From IMG/VR virus record IMGVR_UViG_3300022602_000059: 64,000 bases of DNA. One strand, 5' to 3'. Of the stretch, positions 25,847 to 35,240 are shown piece by piece (positions within the stretch are counted from its first letter, which is position 1; every line of letters begins with the position of its first letter). The notes below the pieces were generated by a model that saw nothing but the letters and a program-made list of their open reading frames with translations, had not been told where the DNA came from and made no database searches. The position numbers and the translations under genes are program-made. Origin of the DNA: an uncultured virus (IMG/VR IMGVR_UViG_3300022602_000059) (lineage: Duplodnaviria > Heunggongvirae > Uroviricota > Caudoviricetes).

Positions 25847-26515
25847 CTATTCGTTTACAAGCTCTTGAGCAATTTCAAGAAGTTCTTGGTAAGAGCTCTC
25901 CTTGATGATACTGCGGTCGTAAGGCTTGAACGTAGGAACTGCAGCCTCTACCTCAGCCTCGTTCAGGCCCCAATCTTCATTGAGGTCACGAGCCTTGACA
26001 GAGTTCATGTGGTAAACAGTTGTCTGCATCTTGCCAGTGCGGCTCATCGCCCAGTAGTTCTTGGTCAATGGACCTTGAGGTGAGAAGTGAGCGGCATGGA
26101 TTGTCTTGTAAAGACGTGGTGTTGCCACAAGTTGTTGACGCTGTGGTCCGTCTGGTGCACTGAAGTTAATAATGCTGAATGCCTTCTTGTCTTCTGGGCG
26201 GTGCTTTAGCACTGTGCAGAGTGGGCACTTTTCTCCCATGCAAATGTATGACTTCTTGCCAGCTTTGTTCTGTAAGAAGTGAAGCTTGTAGACAGCGAAC
26301 GGGCCGTCTGGGTCAATGAACTTAATAATCTGAGGGTCCTCAGACTGCTTAAAGTCCACTGGATAACCGTCAGTTGGTGCTGACGTTGTGGTTGCTGCAT
26401 CCCAGCCAGCTGCAATGCTGCTAGCTGCTGAGGTTGCTGTTGATTGTGCAGGACGAGCATCAAGTGTCTCGTCTGCTACCAAGTAGTTTTCTTCTTCTGT
26501 TCGGCTAATGGCCAT
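25847..26515 (-). CDS. single-stranded DNA-binding protein (T4 gp32-like OB fold)
   Basis: IKF...H...C...CPLC Zn ligands, SRTGKMQTTVY, position next to polA. Confidence 0.7.
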   Translation of the reverse strand: MAISRTEEENYLVADETLDARPAQSTATSAASSIAAGWDAATTTSAPTDGYPVDFKQSEDPQIIKFIDPDGPFAVYKLHFLQNKAGKKSYICMGEKCPLCTVLKHRPEDKKAFSIINFSAPDGPQRQQLVATPRLYKTIHAAHFSPQGPLTKNYWAMSRTGKMQTTVYHMNSVKARDLNEDWGLNEAEVEAAVPTFKPYDRSIIKESSYQELLEIAQELVNE

Positions 26516-26537
26516 TGGGTTTCCTTAGTTAGTATGT

Positions 26538-26990
26538 TTATTGTTCGATTAAGTTGTCCCAAGCGTCAGCAATTTCCTTGGCAACGGTTGGGTGTTTAGA
26601 CCAGTCTATACGCGGATTGTCCATAAGTCCATTCCTTGTAAAGATTGAGATTGCAGCCTCAATCATTGGCCTGGTGTACAAGCGACGACCTTTACGGTCG
26701 ACTCCTGTTTTGTCCTTCTTAGTTGGAAGACGATAGGGCGACTCAGGCAAATAGCCCCACTTAAACCATGCACGTATAGTTATCAGTGGTCGCCCTAAAG
26801 CTTGTGCCAAGGCACCAATAGCAAACATCTCAATGTCTTTACCACTGGGAAGTGTTTTGATATAGGGCTTGGAATCCCAACTTTCCTGAACCTTAGGCTC
26901 AGGCTTTACGACATCACGACGCTTACGCTTGCTACCTGGATAGTAAACATCCAAGCCAGCAAACGCTGAGTCAATAAGGTCGTCCTCCAT
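26538..26990 (-). CDS. MerR-like HTH DNA-binding protein
   Basis: IGALAQALGRPLITIRAW...G.LP...RRLYT. Confidence 0.7.
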   Translation of the reverse strand: MEDDLIDSAFAGLDVYYPGSKRKRRDVVKPEPKVQESWDSKPYIKTLPSGKDIEMFAIGALAQALGRPLITIRAWFKWGYLPESPYRLPTKKDKTGVDRKGRRLYTRPMIEAAISIFTRNGLMDNPRIDWSKHPTVAKEIADAWDNLIEQ

Positions 26991-26992
26991 AC

Positions 26993-27400
26993 TTATCCCC
27001 TATTCATAAGGAACGCGTAGGAAACCTTCTTAGGAAACATCTTGTCGATGTCCTCTTCTGTGAGCTTGCCTTGATAGTAGGCAGCCATGATTGCGTCTTC
27101 ATCTAGGACGGGAACTTGCTTAACACAGTCAGCTGTAAGTTCTTTAGCAGCAAGGATTGATTCTGCAACATCCATGTCAATAGATTGGCTGACACGGCGC
27201 TGCTTAGAAATTGACTTGATGCCACTAACGCTGTCATCTACCTCAAAGGTAATGTGACCACGGCCATCGACCTCACCCAGCTCGTCTACAACTTCGGTAA
27301 GGCGAGCTTTAATCTCTGACTGACGCTTGGTAAGTAAGTCAGTCTGCTCCTTGAGAGCAGCTGCTTGTCGTACTAATTCTCGGACTTGGTTGATGTCCAT
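26993..27400 (-). CDS. coiled-coil hypothetical protein
   Basis: start moved to ATG 27400 after SD AAGGGGGT. Confidence 0.7.
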   Translation of the reverse strand: MDINQVRELVRQAAALKEQTDLLTKRQSEIKARLTEVVDELGEVDGRGHITFEVDDSVSGIKSISKQRRVSQSIDMDVAESILAAKELTADCVKQVPVLDEDAIMAAYYQGKLTEEDIDKMFPKKVSYAFLMNRG

Positions 27401-27425
27401 ATAAACCCCCTTGGTTATAGGGGAA

Positions 27426-27454
27426 AGATTAGTTTGAAACGCCCTTTGTGTCAA
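27426..27454 (-). promoter_or_regulatory. sigma70/SigA-type promoter
   Basis: TTGACA-17 nt-TAATCT on the minus strand. Confidence 0.8.
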
Positions 27455-27596
27455 CTTCAGCTAGGTAAGCATCTAGGGATTTAATAATGACGCTGGTAAC
27501 AGTTACGCCGTTGCTCTTGGCTTTGGCCTGTACAGCCCTCCAGAGGTCGTCAGGTACGCGAATAGTGCGTGTTGGGGTCTTAGGTGCGTTAGGCAT
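27429..27596 (-). CDS. ribbon-helix-helix DNA-binding protein (not in ORF track)
   Basis: MPNAPKTPTRTIRVPDDLWRAVQAKAKSNGVTVTSVIIKSLDAYL...; TATACT-N6-ATG start. Confidence 0.8.
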   Translation of the reverse strand: MPNAPKTPTRTIRVPDDLWRAVQAKAKSNGVTVTSVIIKSLDAYLAEVDTKGVSN

Positions 27597-27614
27597 TGTT
27601 CTAGTATACCAGTC

Positions 27615-29204
27615 CTATACATTCGAGGTTTGGAGAAACTGACGCAGGCTTGTCAGGGTGATAGGCACCCCGCCGTCATCGTCAATTCCTAAGCCATCTA
27701 CCACTGCATTAGCGATAGACGTCTTTTGCATCAACGCTTGGTGTTGACGCTCTTCAATAGAATTCTTCATAATCATATCTTGAATGACGATAGTAGGCCA
27801 AGTCGATGAAGCCCGCTTTATTCGTCCATTACGTTGAATTGCTCCTCCTGATGACCAGGGTAAATCATAGTTAACCAGTAGATTAGCAGCAGGAAGGTCA
27901 ACACCGTAACCGCCAGCATCGCTAGAAATGAGTACCCGAATTTCTTCTTGAGTGTTGAACGCAATCTTGTTGTCCTCCTTGGTCTTGGCATCCATCTGAC
28001 CTGAGTATAGTCGACAACGCTCAGGACCTAAAGCTTCGGCAATCTTCTCCAGCATGCCAACATAAGATGCAAATATAACTACCTTGTTAGCAGGGTTCAT
28101 ATCTAAGTGAGCTGTTACATACTCAGTTAGCATATCTAACTTTGGTGAAGAGGTGATGCCCTCTAAATGTCCGTCATCGGAAAGACCAGCTGCGTATGCA
28201 GAACCTTCGCCGTTCATCTGGTGGAACTTAATAGCGCTGTCTTTAACTAGGTCAGGGTGAGAGCACAGCATCTTGAGTGCCCCAATTTTTGCCATAAGAC
28301 GACCACGAATCTCATCAGCGGCTCCGCCCCATTGCTGTTCGTGCCCGTAGTGAGCCAAAACGTTGAAGGATGAGCCGAACAATGCCTGTGCTTCGTCTAG
28401 GTCAGTAAGCAAATCGTTCTTGATGCGCTCGTAGAGCTTGGACGCCTTACGGTCAAAGAATATCTCCAAAGGGTCCTTGTGAATGGACTCAGGCAGGAAC
28501 GGCGCAACATCTGGGTCAGTCTGTGCTTTACGTACGCAAGCAGTCTTTAGCTTAGTGTGCAGGACAGGCAAATTGCGGTAACGGTCTACGCCACCCCATG
28601 TATTACGAACAATGAAGGCTTGGTCAAAGATATCAAAGCGACCTAGCACAGAGTCATCAACGAACTGCATGATGCTGTACAACTCTTCGGGTTTGCCGTT
28701 TTCAATTGGCGTGCCTGTGAGGGCAAACTTGTAAGGAGCGTTAGCAAGACGCTTAACAGTCTTAGACCGCTTTGAACGAAATGACTTAATAGCTGTTGCT
28801 TCGTCGAGTACTACAAATCCTCTAGGGAGTTTTGCAACGTAGTCCCAGTCGTTAACAACTTGCTCATAGTTAAGAATGACGTAGTCAACGAGGGAGTGTC
28901 CCCAGTCATATGCCTCTTCGTATTGGGCTTTTCGTTTAGCTGGCGTTCCATCAATGACCAAAGGACGTGAAGAACCACTGGTAAATTTCTCAATCTGATT
29001 AGCCCACTGATATTTCAGCGAGGATAAACATATGATAATGCCTGGCTCTGTAATTTTGCCCTCATCCATCAACCGCTCTAAAGCGGCAATGGTCAGCACA
29101 GTCTTACCTAAGCCAAGGTCGTAAGCTACGAGCATCTTCTTGCGCTCGCACATACGGTCTACAGCTTCAGGCTGATAGGGAAGTAACGTTCCTGTAAAGG
29201 TCAT
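27615..29204 (-). CDS. SNF2-family helicase
   Basis: DLGLGKT, LDEA, LTGTP, GVDL, QRNGR. Confidence 0.9.
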   Translation of the reverse strand: MTFTGTLLPYQPEAVDRMCERKKMLVAYDLGLGKTVLTIAALERLMDEGKITEPGIIICLSSLKYQWANQIEKFTSGSSRPLVIDGTPAKRKAQYEEAYDWGHSLVDYVILNYEQVVNDWDYVAKLPRGFVVLDEATAIKSFRSKRSKTVKRLANAPYKFALTGTPIENGKPEELYSIMQFVDDSVLGRFDIFDQAFIVRNTWGGVDRYRNLPVLHTKLKTACVRKAQTDPDVAPFLPESIHKDPLEIFFDRKASKLYERIKNDLLTDLDEAQALFGSSFNVLAHYGHEQQWGGAADEIRGRLMAKIGALKMLCSHPDLVKDSAIKFHQMNGEGSAYAAGLSDDGHLEGITSSPKLDMLTEYVTAHLDMNPANKVVIFASYVGMLEKIAEALGPERCRLYSGQMDAKTKEDNKIAFNTQEEIRVLISSDAGGYGVDLPAANLLVNYDLPWSSGGAIQRNGRIKRASSTWPTIVIQDMIMKNSIEERQHQALMQKTSIANAVVDGLGIDDDGGVPITLTSLRQFLQTSNV

Positions 29205-29743
29205 ACATGGGCCATCATTCTGGTTTTTATCAATAGCTCCAAGTCTTCAATAGAGCCTGAGTTCATGAAGATTTGGTCAACGGGATAGCCGTCCAGCTCT
29301 CTTTCAGAGACGTGGCCGTTGACAGGGCCAACGCCATTGCGCTTAATGCGCCATATCTGAGAGTTGTCGTACTTCTTAATAGCCTTGGCTTCGTTCTCAA
29401 AGCGGACATCAGTAATAACCCAGTTCTCCTCAAAATGAACACGGCGCATTGCTTGTTGTACCCAGAAGTTCTCACTAAAGACCTTGCGAGCGCCTACTCC
29501 TAAGTTCTGCAACATGGAGCGGACTTCAGGGTTTTGCTTAGCTGTATCCCATCCTTCTTGGTCAACCAAAAGCTGTAGGGTGCTGTGGATGTCGTACCCT
29601 AGTGTTATCTTGGGGTTCATCTCATACAGCAGTTCACGGATAGGGTCAGCAAACGCCACCCGCTGAAAGTCGTACTTCTCTATAAGAATCTTGGCAACAG
29701 TGTCCTTGCCTGACTGTGCAAATCCAGTTAGTCCGATAATCAT
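29201..29743 (-). CDS. deoxynucleoside monophosphate kinase
   Basis: IIGLTGFAQSGKDT, FADP, ITDVRFENE, HVSE; start moved to ATG 29743. Confidence 0.88.
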   Translation of the reverse strand: MIIGLTGFAQSGKDTVAKILIEKYDFQRVAFADPIRELLYEMNPKITLGYDIHSTLQLLVDQEGWDTAKQNPEVRSMLQNLGVGARKVFSENFWVQQAMRRVHFEENWVITDVRFENEAKAIKKYDNSQIWRIKRNGVGPVNGHVSERELDGYPVDQIFMNSGSIEDLELLIKTRMMAHV

Positions 29744-29892
29744 TCCATGCTGTCCAATGCTTCTATGGCGCGCTCTGCTAAACAGGTCACGCAATCCGAC
29801 TTGAGACGAAACTTACCAGTGTGGGGACATTGCCCGCTAATCATGCGAAGGGCTATAGATACCTTACGTATCTTATCTTCATCCGTAGACAA
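29740..29892 (-). CDS. 50-aa Cys/His microprotein (not in ORF track)
   Basis: TTG after GAGAGG; ...CPH...CVTC...; ATGA coupling to the kinase. Confidence 0.55.
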   Translation of the reverse strand: MSTDEDKIRKVSIALRMISGQCPHTGKFRLKSDCVTCLAERAIEALDSME

Positions 29893-30811
29893 CTGACTTT
29901 CCTCTCAGACTGTACTTGGCATTAGCGATGCCAGCATCAATCTCTGACTTACTCATGCCGCCTACATCCTTGACGTCGACGCCTGTGTAATCAAAGAACC
30001 AGACTCCAAGACTAATGCTTTTTGCCCAATCAAACAACTGTCCTGACGACTTGCGTCCAGCGTCGTCGTTATCCATGGCAATAATCAAGCGGTCAGCGCT
30101 TTGGATAAGGGTCAGCTGCTCTTTGGAAACTAAAGCTCCATAAGCCGCAACGCCACCTAGTTGACCTACAGAAGCCAACCTAGCCACATCTAACGGCGAC
30201 TCAACCAGAATCATGTACCCACCTGAATACTGGCCATAACCAAAGAGAGCACGGCTCTTCTTAACGCCTGTAGGTTGGTTCTTAAAGAAACGGCTGTTGT
30301 TCCCCTTCTCCTGCCATCCCAGTAACTTGTTATTGCGCGGGTCACGGATAGGAATAATCCAGCTGTCATGGCGCGGGTCCCACAGAATCTCGTAGTGCTC
30401 AGCCGCCATAGAGGAAATGCCACGACTCTTGAGCGCCTCTGCGGGCGGTGCCGTGTAGATGGCAAGCATGGACTCTTCTAAGTAATCAATCTTCTCAGGC
30501 TCTGGGTTCATGTTCTTAAGCAACGAGTTAAACGCTAAGCGCAAATGATTAGAACTGTCCTCAAGCCACTCCTGCGTATCTAACTCTACGCCACCAATGT
30601 AGTTAACAAGAAACTGTAAGCCTCCTTTGAATCCACAAGAGAAGCAGATGTGAGCACCAGTATCAGCGTTGATAGACCACGAAGGGTTGCGGTCTTCTTT
30701 GCCTGTTAGTTCTAAGTGTCCAGGGCAACGAGCTTGCACTTCATTACCACGTGTGCCAGTTACCTCAATCCCTAAGCGGGCAAGGATGTCTTCCATCTCG
30801 TTGGTAGTCAT
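29879..30811 (-). CDS. DnaG-like DNA primase
   Basis: CPGH...CFSCG Zn finger; TOPRIM VESPLD, MDNDDAG, KD. Confidence 0.9.
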   Translation of the reverse strand: MTTNEMEDILARLGIEVTGTRGNEVQARCPGHLELTGKEDRNPSWSINADTGAHICFSCGFKGGLQFLVNYIGGVELDTQEWLEDSSNHLRLAFNSLLKNMNPEPEKIDYLEESMLAIYTAPPAEALKSRGISSMAAEHYEILWDPRHDSWIIPIRDPRNNKLLGWQEKGNNSRFFKNQPTGVKKSRALFGYGQYSGGYMILVESPLDVARLASVGQLGGVAAYGALVSKEQLTLIQSADRLIIAMDNDDAGRKSSGQLFDWAKSISLGVWFFDYTGVDVKDVGGMSKSEIDAGIANAKYSLRGKSVVYG

Positions 30812-32055
30812 TAGTCAACGTTCAAATCTGATTCGTCAATCTCACGGAAGGTTCCGCTATCCCAGTTAAAGGTAAGTTCAATCTCGGCAGGTCCAGAGTT
30901 ACGGCTAGCCATAATCTTCAAGGTACGCATATCGGAGATGTTTTCGTCTTGCTTCTCTAGGCCAAAGACAACGTCAGCATCTTGGCCAAAGGAAGAAGAG
31001 TAACCAATGGAGTACATGTCAGCCTTACCGCCCTTGGTCTTGCTCTCAAGGAACTGAGTTGACATGAGGATAGGTACTTCGGCAGACATAGCTAGGCGCT
31101 TGCTTCCACGAGTGATGTTGGTAATCGCTTGTGGTGAGCCTTCTTTTTCGCCGTTCTCGTCCACCATCAAGTACGTACCATCAATGATGACTACATCTGG
31201 TTGGATGGTCTGAATCTTATTGGCGATGTTGGTCAAGGTAAATCCTCTGCCGCTCTCGCTGTTAATGACGTGGAAGCCAGCTTCGTAGTCGTTCAGGTTC
31301 TTTAAGTTACGCAGGTAACGAGCTTCTTCCTCGCTGGTCATGGTACCTGTAGAAAGACGCTGGTAGGCAAGCTTTGAACGCATAGAGTCATAACGAAGTG
31401 CTTGCTCAAAAGCCGTCATCTCAAGAGATGCAAACAGGATGGAGTGACCCTCTGCGTGCATGTTCAACGCCATCTGCATGAGTAGCGTGGACTTACCTGT
31501 CTTGGGCAAAGCTGCAAGAACAATAAGCTGACCCTTCTGAATACCGCTGAGGGTTTGGTCAATGGAAGGGAAGCCTGTGGCGTAACCAAGCATTGAGTCA
31601 GGTCGGTTCTTACGGTCTAAGTACTCTTGGTAACGAACTTCGGCGTTAACGGTCAAGTCGACGTCTTTGCTAAAACTAAAACCCTCTTGGTCAATTGCGG
31701 CCAAGCCGCCTTGTATGGCTACAAGCGCTTCTTCGTGGCCCTCTTTATCAAGGGTGGCGATAGCTTGCTCTACTACCTTAATAGTTGCTTCTCGACGACG
31801 GTTAGTAATAACCGCATCAATCAAATACTCAATCTTGTCATCAACAACGACTTGGTCATCGTAGTTTGGAAAGTTCTCCTTGATGGCAGTAATACTTGGG
31901 CACTCGCTGTAACTAGCAAAGTGCTTACGCAAGAACTGAAAGAGGCGACGGTCGTTATCATCTCGAAACCAGTTGTCCGTGATGTTACGGGAGAACAGTG
32001 GCGAGAGGTTGCGGTCTGCAATGGCTTTGTGTAGAAGCCGAGTCTCGTTAGTCAC
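30811..32055 (-). CDS. dnaB: DnaB-like replicative helicase
   Basis: TGF..ID..L.G, ALPKTGKS, SLEM, IIDG, QDAD; GTG start after GGAGG. Confidence 0.9.
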   Translation of the reverse strand: MTNETRLLHKAIADRNLSPLFSRNITDNWFRDDNDRRLFQFLRKHFASYSECPSITAIKENFPNYDDQVVVDDKIEYLIDAVITNRRREATIKVVEQAIATLDKEGHEEALVAIQGGLAAIDQEGFSFSKDVDLTVNAEVRYQEYLDRKNRPDSMLGYATGFPSIDQTLSGIQKGQLIVLAALPKTGKSTLLMQMALNMHAEGHSILFASLEMTAFEQALRYDSMRSKLAYQRLSTGTMTSEEEARYLRNLKNLNDYEAGFHVINSESGRGFTLTNIANKIQTIQPDVVIIDGTYLMVDENGEKEGSPQAITNITRGSKRLAMSAEVPILMSTQFLESKTKGGKADMYSIGYSSSFGQDADVVFGLEKQDENISDMRTLKIMASRNSGPAEIELTFNWDSGTFREIDESDLNVD

Positions 32056-32473
32056 GTTGTCCTCCAAATAGTTCTGTGTACTGCAAACCCCAATGTCCGT
32101 ACCTTAGCAAGCGTTGTGGAATATCAACAACACCTACAAGTTCAGGTCTGTACGGGAGCTCTGCAACCACGTGGTCTACCGATTCGTATGCGGTGTAATA
32201 GCGAAATGGATTAGTACCAATGCGGTCTAAGTAATCCATCATGTCATCTAACTCTTCTTGCTTCAAGTCAGTGGAGAACAACTCAAGCGTGTCACCTACC
32301 TTGGTTGTGTGCAGGTAGAAGCGACTGAGCAGGGCGTTGTTATAGCTGTAGTTCTGCTTGAGAGTAGGTATCACTCCAAGCAGCTTTTTGATTTCAGGCG
32401 TGGAGGTACGCACTAAATCAAGGTGCACGAGGTAACGTCTTGGTAGGGCGTTACTCAAATCCCCTTTATACAT
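32048..32473 (-). CDS. hypothetical protein, possibly a degenerate HAD-like fold
   Basis: ORF; fold is a guess from the strand/helix pattern only. Confidence 0.5.
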   Translation of the reverse strand: MYKGDLSNALPRRYLVHLDLVRTSTPEIKKLLGVIPTLKQNYSYNNALLSRFYLHTTKVGDTLELFSTDLKQEELDDMMDYLDRIGTNPFRYYTAYESVDHVVAELPYRPELVGVVDIPQRLLRYGHWGLQYTELFGGQRD

Positions 32474-32476
32474 TGT

Positions 32477-32761
32477 TTAGTAGACCTCTATTTTTCCAAA
32501 CCTGATAACGAAACTACGGAAAGCCTCATCGGACTCTTGTGCACGTTCGGCGTCCTCTGCCTGTGCTCGGTCGGATATCTCTAGCGGGTATGTGCCGCCG
32601 TTATCCTCAATACGGCTGTTAACAAACCGTGTGTGCTTACAAGCCTTCTTTGCAACAAAGCCAGAACAATTGCAATAGAGCTTATCGTCATCGCCCATGC
32701 TAACCTCATAAACTCCTGGTCCAGGAGTGAGGAACACTTGTAGCAGTCTCTTGCTTGTCAT
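32477..32761 (-). CDS. SWIM zinc-finger protein
   Basis: YEV...CNC..F...CKH. Confidence 0.8.
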   Translation of the reverse strand: MTSKRLLQVFLTPGPGVYEVSMGDDDKLYCNCSGFVAKKACKHTRFVNSRIEDNGGTYPLEISDRAQAEDAERAQESDEAFRSFVIRFGKIEVY

Positions 32762-33453
32762 GCCTTTAATCTTAAATCACCAACCTCACTTTGAACTGCG
32801 ATAAGGTAAAAAGCTTCATTGATGAAACTACCTGTAGCTTCACCGTAAACGTTAGCCCAGTCTTCTGTACTGATGTTAGTCGTTACGATAGTTGGTAGTC
32901 CTTTTGCGTAGCGGCTTCGCAAGATATCGTGTAAGAGACTGCGTTGCCAACCACTTTGACTCATGTGCTCCTTACCAACGTCATCGATAACAAGTACACG
33001 AATGTTGTATGCGTCGTCTTTGCACTCTCCCATAATGCCTTGGTTCAACTTCATCTCGGCGTCAGATACTTCATCGCCAATGATAGAGCCGCGAAGTGCA
33101 ACTATGGAGTTGTAGGAAGCAAAGTAAACAGGTCGTACTACTACGGTCTCTTCTGCATCAAAGGAGACAAGCATGAACTTGGTAATCATCTCCTGCAAAA
33201 TGGCGGAAGCAACAGTGGTCTTACCAAAGCCTGGGTCGCCATGAAGAAGCAATCCGCGACCGCAAAGCTTTTGACCGCTAGCTCGGATAACACGGCCGTT
33301 CTTTACGTGGCCTACCCATGCTTGCAAGGTCTTAGCAACTGACTCGTCAAGGTCTACGCAGTCGTCTAGTCGCCAACCAAGAGAGGACTTAGGGACGCCC
33401 GACAACTTGAGCCAAGCAGCACGCTTGACCTTTAGCTCTTCTGGTTTATACAT
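32758..33453 (-). CDS. DnaC/IstB-like AAA+ helicase loader
   Basis: GLLLHGDPGFGKT, LVIDDVGKE, R....PTIVTTN; start moved to ATG 33453. Confidence 0.85.
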   Translation of the reverse strand: MYKPEELKVKRAAWLKLSGVPKSSLGWRLDDCVDLDESVAKTLQAWVGHVKNGRVIRASGQKLCGRGLLLHGDPGFGKTTVASAILQEMITKFMLVSFDAEETVVVRPVYFASYNSIVALRGSIIGDEVSDAEMKLNQGIMGECKDDAYNIRVLVIDDVGKEHMSQSGWQRSLLHDILRSRYAKGLPTIVTTNISTEDWANVYGEATGSFINEAFYLIAVQSEVGDLRLKA

Positions 33454-34348
33454 CTGTGTCCTCGTAGTTCTCGAATAGTGACGCGTTAACAATAGCGGCT
33501 CGTTCTTCTGCCCGTCGCTGTTTCTCAGGGTCGGGCATCTCCAGCTTAGCACGTTCGGCCAAAGAACCGAAGGACGTGATGAAGTATCGCCACATGACGT
33601 TCGGGTCTTTCATAGCCTTCACGTTCTCTTGAGCAAAGAACATCTTCAACATCCGAAGCTCCACGGCCCCGTCAGTTTGGAACTTTACCCTAGCGCTGTA
33701 GATGGCGGCGGCTAAAGGAGTACTGCTTACTTGCCACGGAGGAATGTCCCAGCGTTCGTGGAGCATGTTGGCAAACTCCCGAGCTGTATCGGACGAAGTC
33801 CATAGCGTGGGGTCAGTTCGCTTACGGTCACGGTACTCAACCTTGTCTTCATGGCGTTTGAGCTGGGCTTGCCGTTTTTCTTCTGCCCGCTTAGCCTCAT
33901 AACGAGAGCGTTCCTTGACTGAGTCGTCGTCCGACGAAGACGTCTTGCCGAAGAACTCGTAGCCCATCTTTTCTCCAATCTCATGAAAGGTTTCTTCCTC
34001 GTAAAACTCCGTTTTACAATTTGCAAAGCTTCTAGCTCTATTAGAAGAACTAGCTATTTCTGTAAATAGGCTGTTCTGGCTATAGGGCTCAGACAGCTGT
34101 GTGTATCCGCCGTTTTCCGCCGTTCGGTTTTGGGAGTCCACTACCAGCTCAGTCACCTTGATGAGCTGACCCGCAGATGTCCGTATTGTCCGAGTCGTGA
34201 TTAATCCCGCATCCCGCAATTCATTGAGGGCGGTGCGAATAGCCTTCTCGCCTTCCTTAAAGTGCTTGGCGATGGAGACAGCCGAAAGCGACTCGTCAGG
34301 ATTCTGGCAAATGTACGCGTAGAGTCCAGTAGCGCGAAGGCTAAGCAT
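33446..34348 (-). CDS. replication initiator-like HTH protein
   Basis: LSLRATGLY...EG..AIRTALNEL..AG winged HTH, directly upstream of the DnaC-like gene. Confidence 0.7.
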   Translation of the reverse strand: MLSLRATGLYAYICQNPDESLSAVSIAKHFKEGEKAIRTALNELRDAGLITTRTIRTSAGQLIKVTELVVDSQNRTAENGGYTQLSEPYSQNSLFTEIASSSNRARSFANCKTEFYEEETFHEIGEKMGYEFFGKTSSSDDDSVKERSRYEAKRAEEKRQAQLKRHEDKVEYRDRKRTDPTLWTSSDTAREFANMLHERWDIPPWQVSSTPLAAAIYSARVKFQTDGAVELRMLKMFFAQENVKAMKDPNVMWRYFITSFGSLAERAKLEMPDPEKQRRAEERAAIVNASLFENYEDTDV

Positions 34349-34943
34349 TAAGTGCCTTGATGATGGCTTCAGCGAAGTCCAAGGCGGCTTGACGGATAGC
34401 GGAATCCCGATTCGTGTCTGTAACGACCGTAGAGGCTTTAGGCTTTTCAGGAACTGATGGAATATCCTTGGGAGCCTCTACGGGCTCTACAGGGGCTGTA
34501 GGGGCCTTTAGAACGGCACCTGGGGTCAGTTCGTATAAGCCGTTGGTCAGGTCAAAACAGGGGATTCCCGCGTTAGAGAGTCGTGAGAGGGTTTCGGCTA
34601 TATCGCCGTCCGCATCTTCCCAAAGCAAGAAGGCTTGGCCGCGGTCTCCTACAAGGTTGATGGCTCCAGCGACTGGGTCTTCTGATACATCGAAGGAGAC
34701 GCCGTTCATGCTGTTAGCAGCTATCTCAGTTTCAACAAAGAGAACGGTCTCGATGTTCTTCTCCTTGGCATATTGGGCAGCCCAATTTTGGCCTATGGAA
34801 GTTTTCTTTCCAGCGACCAATACCAAAACAGGGATGTTCTTCTTCTGCTTGAGCAGGATAAAGTAATCGCCCAGCAGGGCTTCTACGTTGTTACGACTTG
34901 TCTCGCCGCTTCCAGCGACGACGATATAGGTTTGGTTGTCCAT
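34341..34943 (-). CDS. SLOG/DprA-like Rossmannoid protein
   Basis: IVVAGSG...WAAQYAKEKNI...LLW...AGIPC; start moved to ATG 34943 after AAAGGAG. Confidence 0.5.
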   Translation of the reverse strand: MDNQTYIVVAGSGETSRNNVEALLGDYFILLKQKKNIPVLVLVAGKKTSIGQNWAAQYAKEKNIETVLFVETEIAANSMNGVSFDVSEDPVAGAINLVGDRGQAFLLWEDADGDIAETLSRLSNAGIPCFDLTNGLYELTPGAVLKAPTAPVEPVEAPKDIPSVPEKPKASTVVTDTNRDSAIRQAALDFAEAIIKALNA

Positions 34944-34976
34944 GTGTCTCCCTTTTAGAGACTGGACATGATACAC

Positions 34977-35231
34977 CTACTCCCGAGAACGGACCAATGC
35001 TGGAGCAAATGTCGACAATTTGTCAGCGCCGAGGGCAAGCATGGGTCCAAAGAACCCGCCAGCGATGGTGTAGATAACAAACTCTCGGATGGTCAAGCCT
35101 CCAACAATTCCACAGGCACCCGCAGCCAGTAACAACGACAGCAGTGCTTTGAATGTTCGTAGGCTAACGATTTGCTCAATCACAGCAACGAAAAAGGCAA
35201 CTGAGCCTGAAACTAGAAATAAGGTGGTCAT
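34977..35231 (-). CDS. small membrane protein, holin candidate
   Basis: three hydrophobic segments; at end of the tail operon. Confidence 0.5.
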   Translation of the reverse strand: MTTLFLVSGSVAFFVAVIEQIVSLRTFKALLSLLLAAGACGIVGGLTIREFVIYTIAGGFFGPMLALGADKLSTFAPALVRSRE

Positions 35232-35240
35232 AGACCAATA

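Noticed and set aside
7797..32055. Inteins or introns in nrdJ, recA, polA or dnaB
   Set aside because: Lengths are ordinary and motifs contiguous; no splice-junction signatures seen
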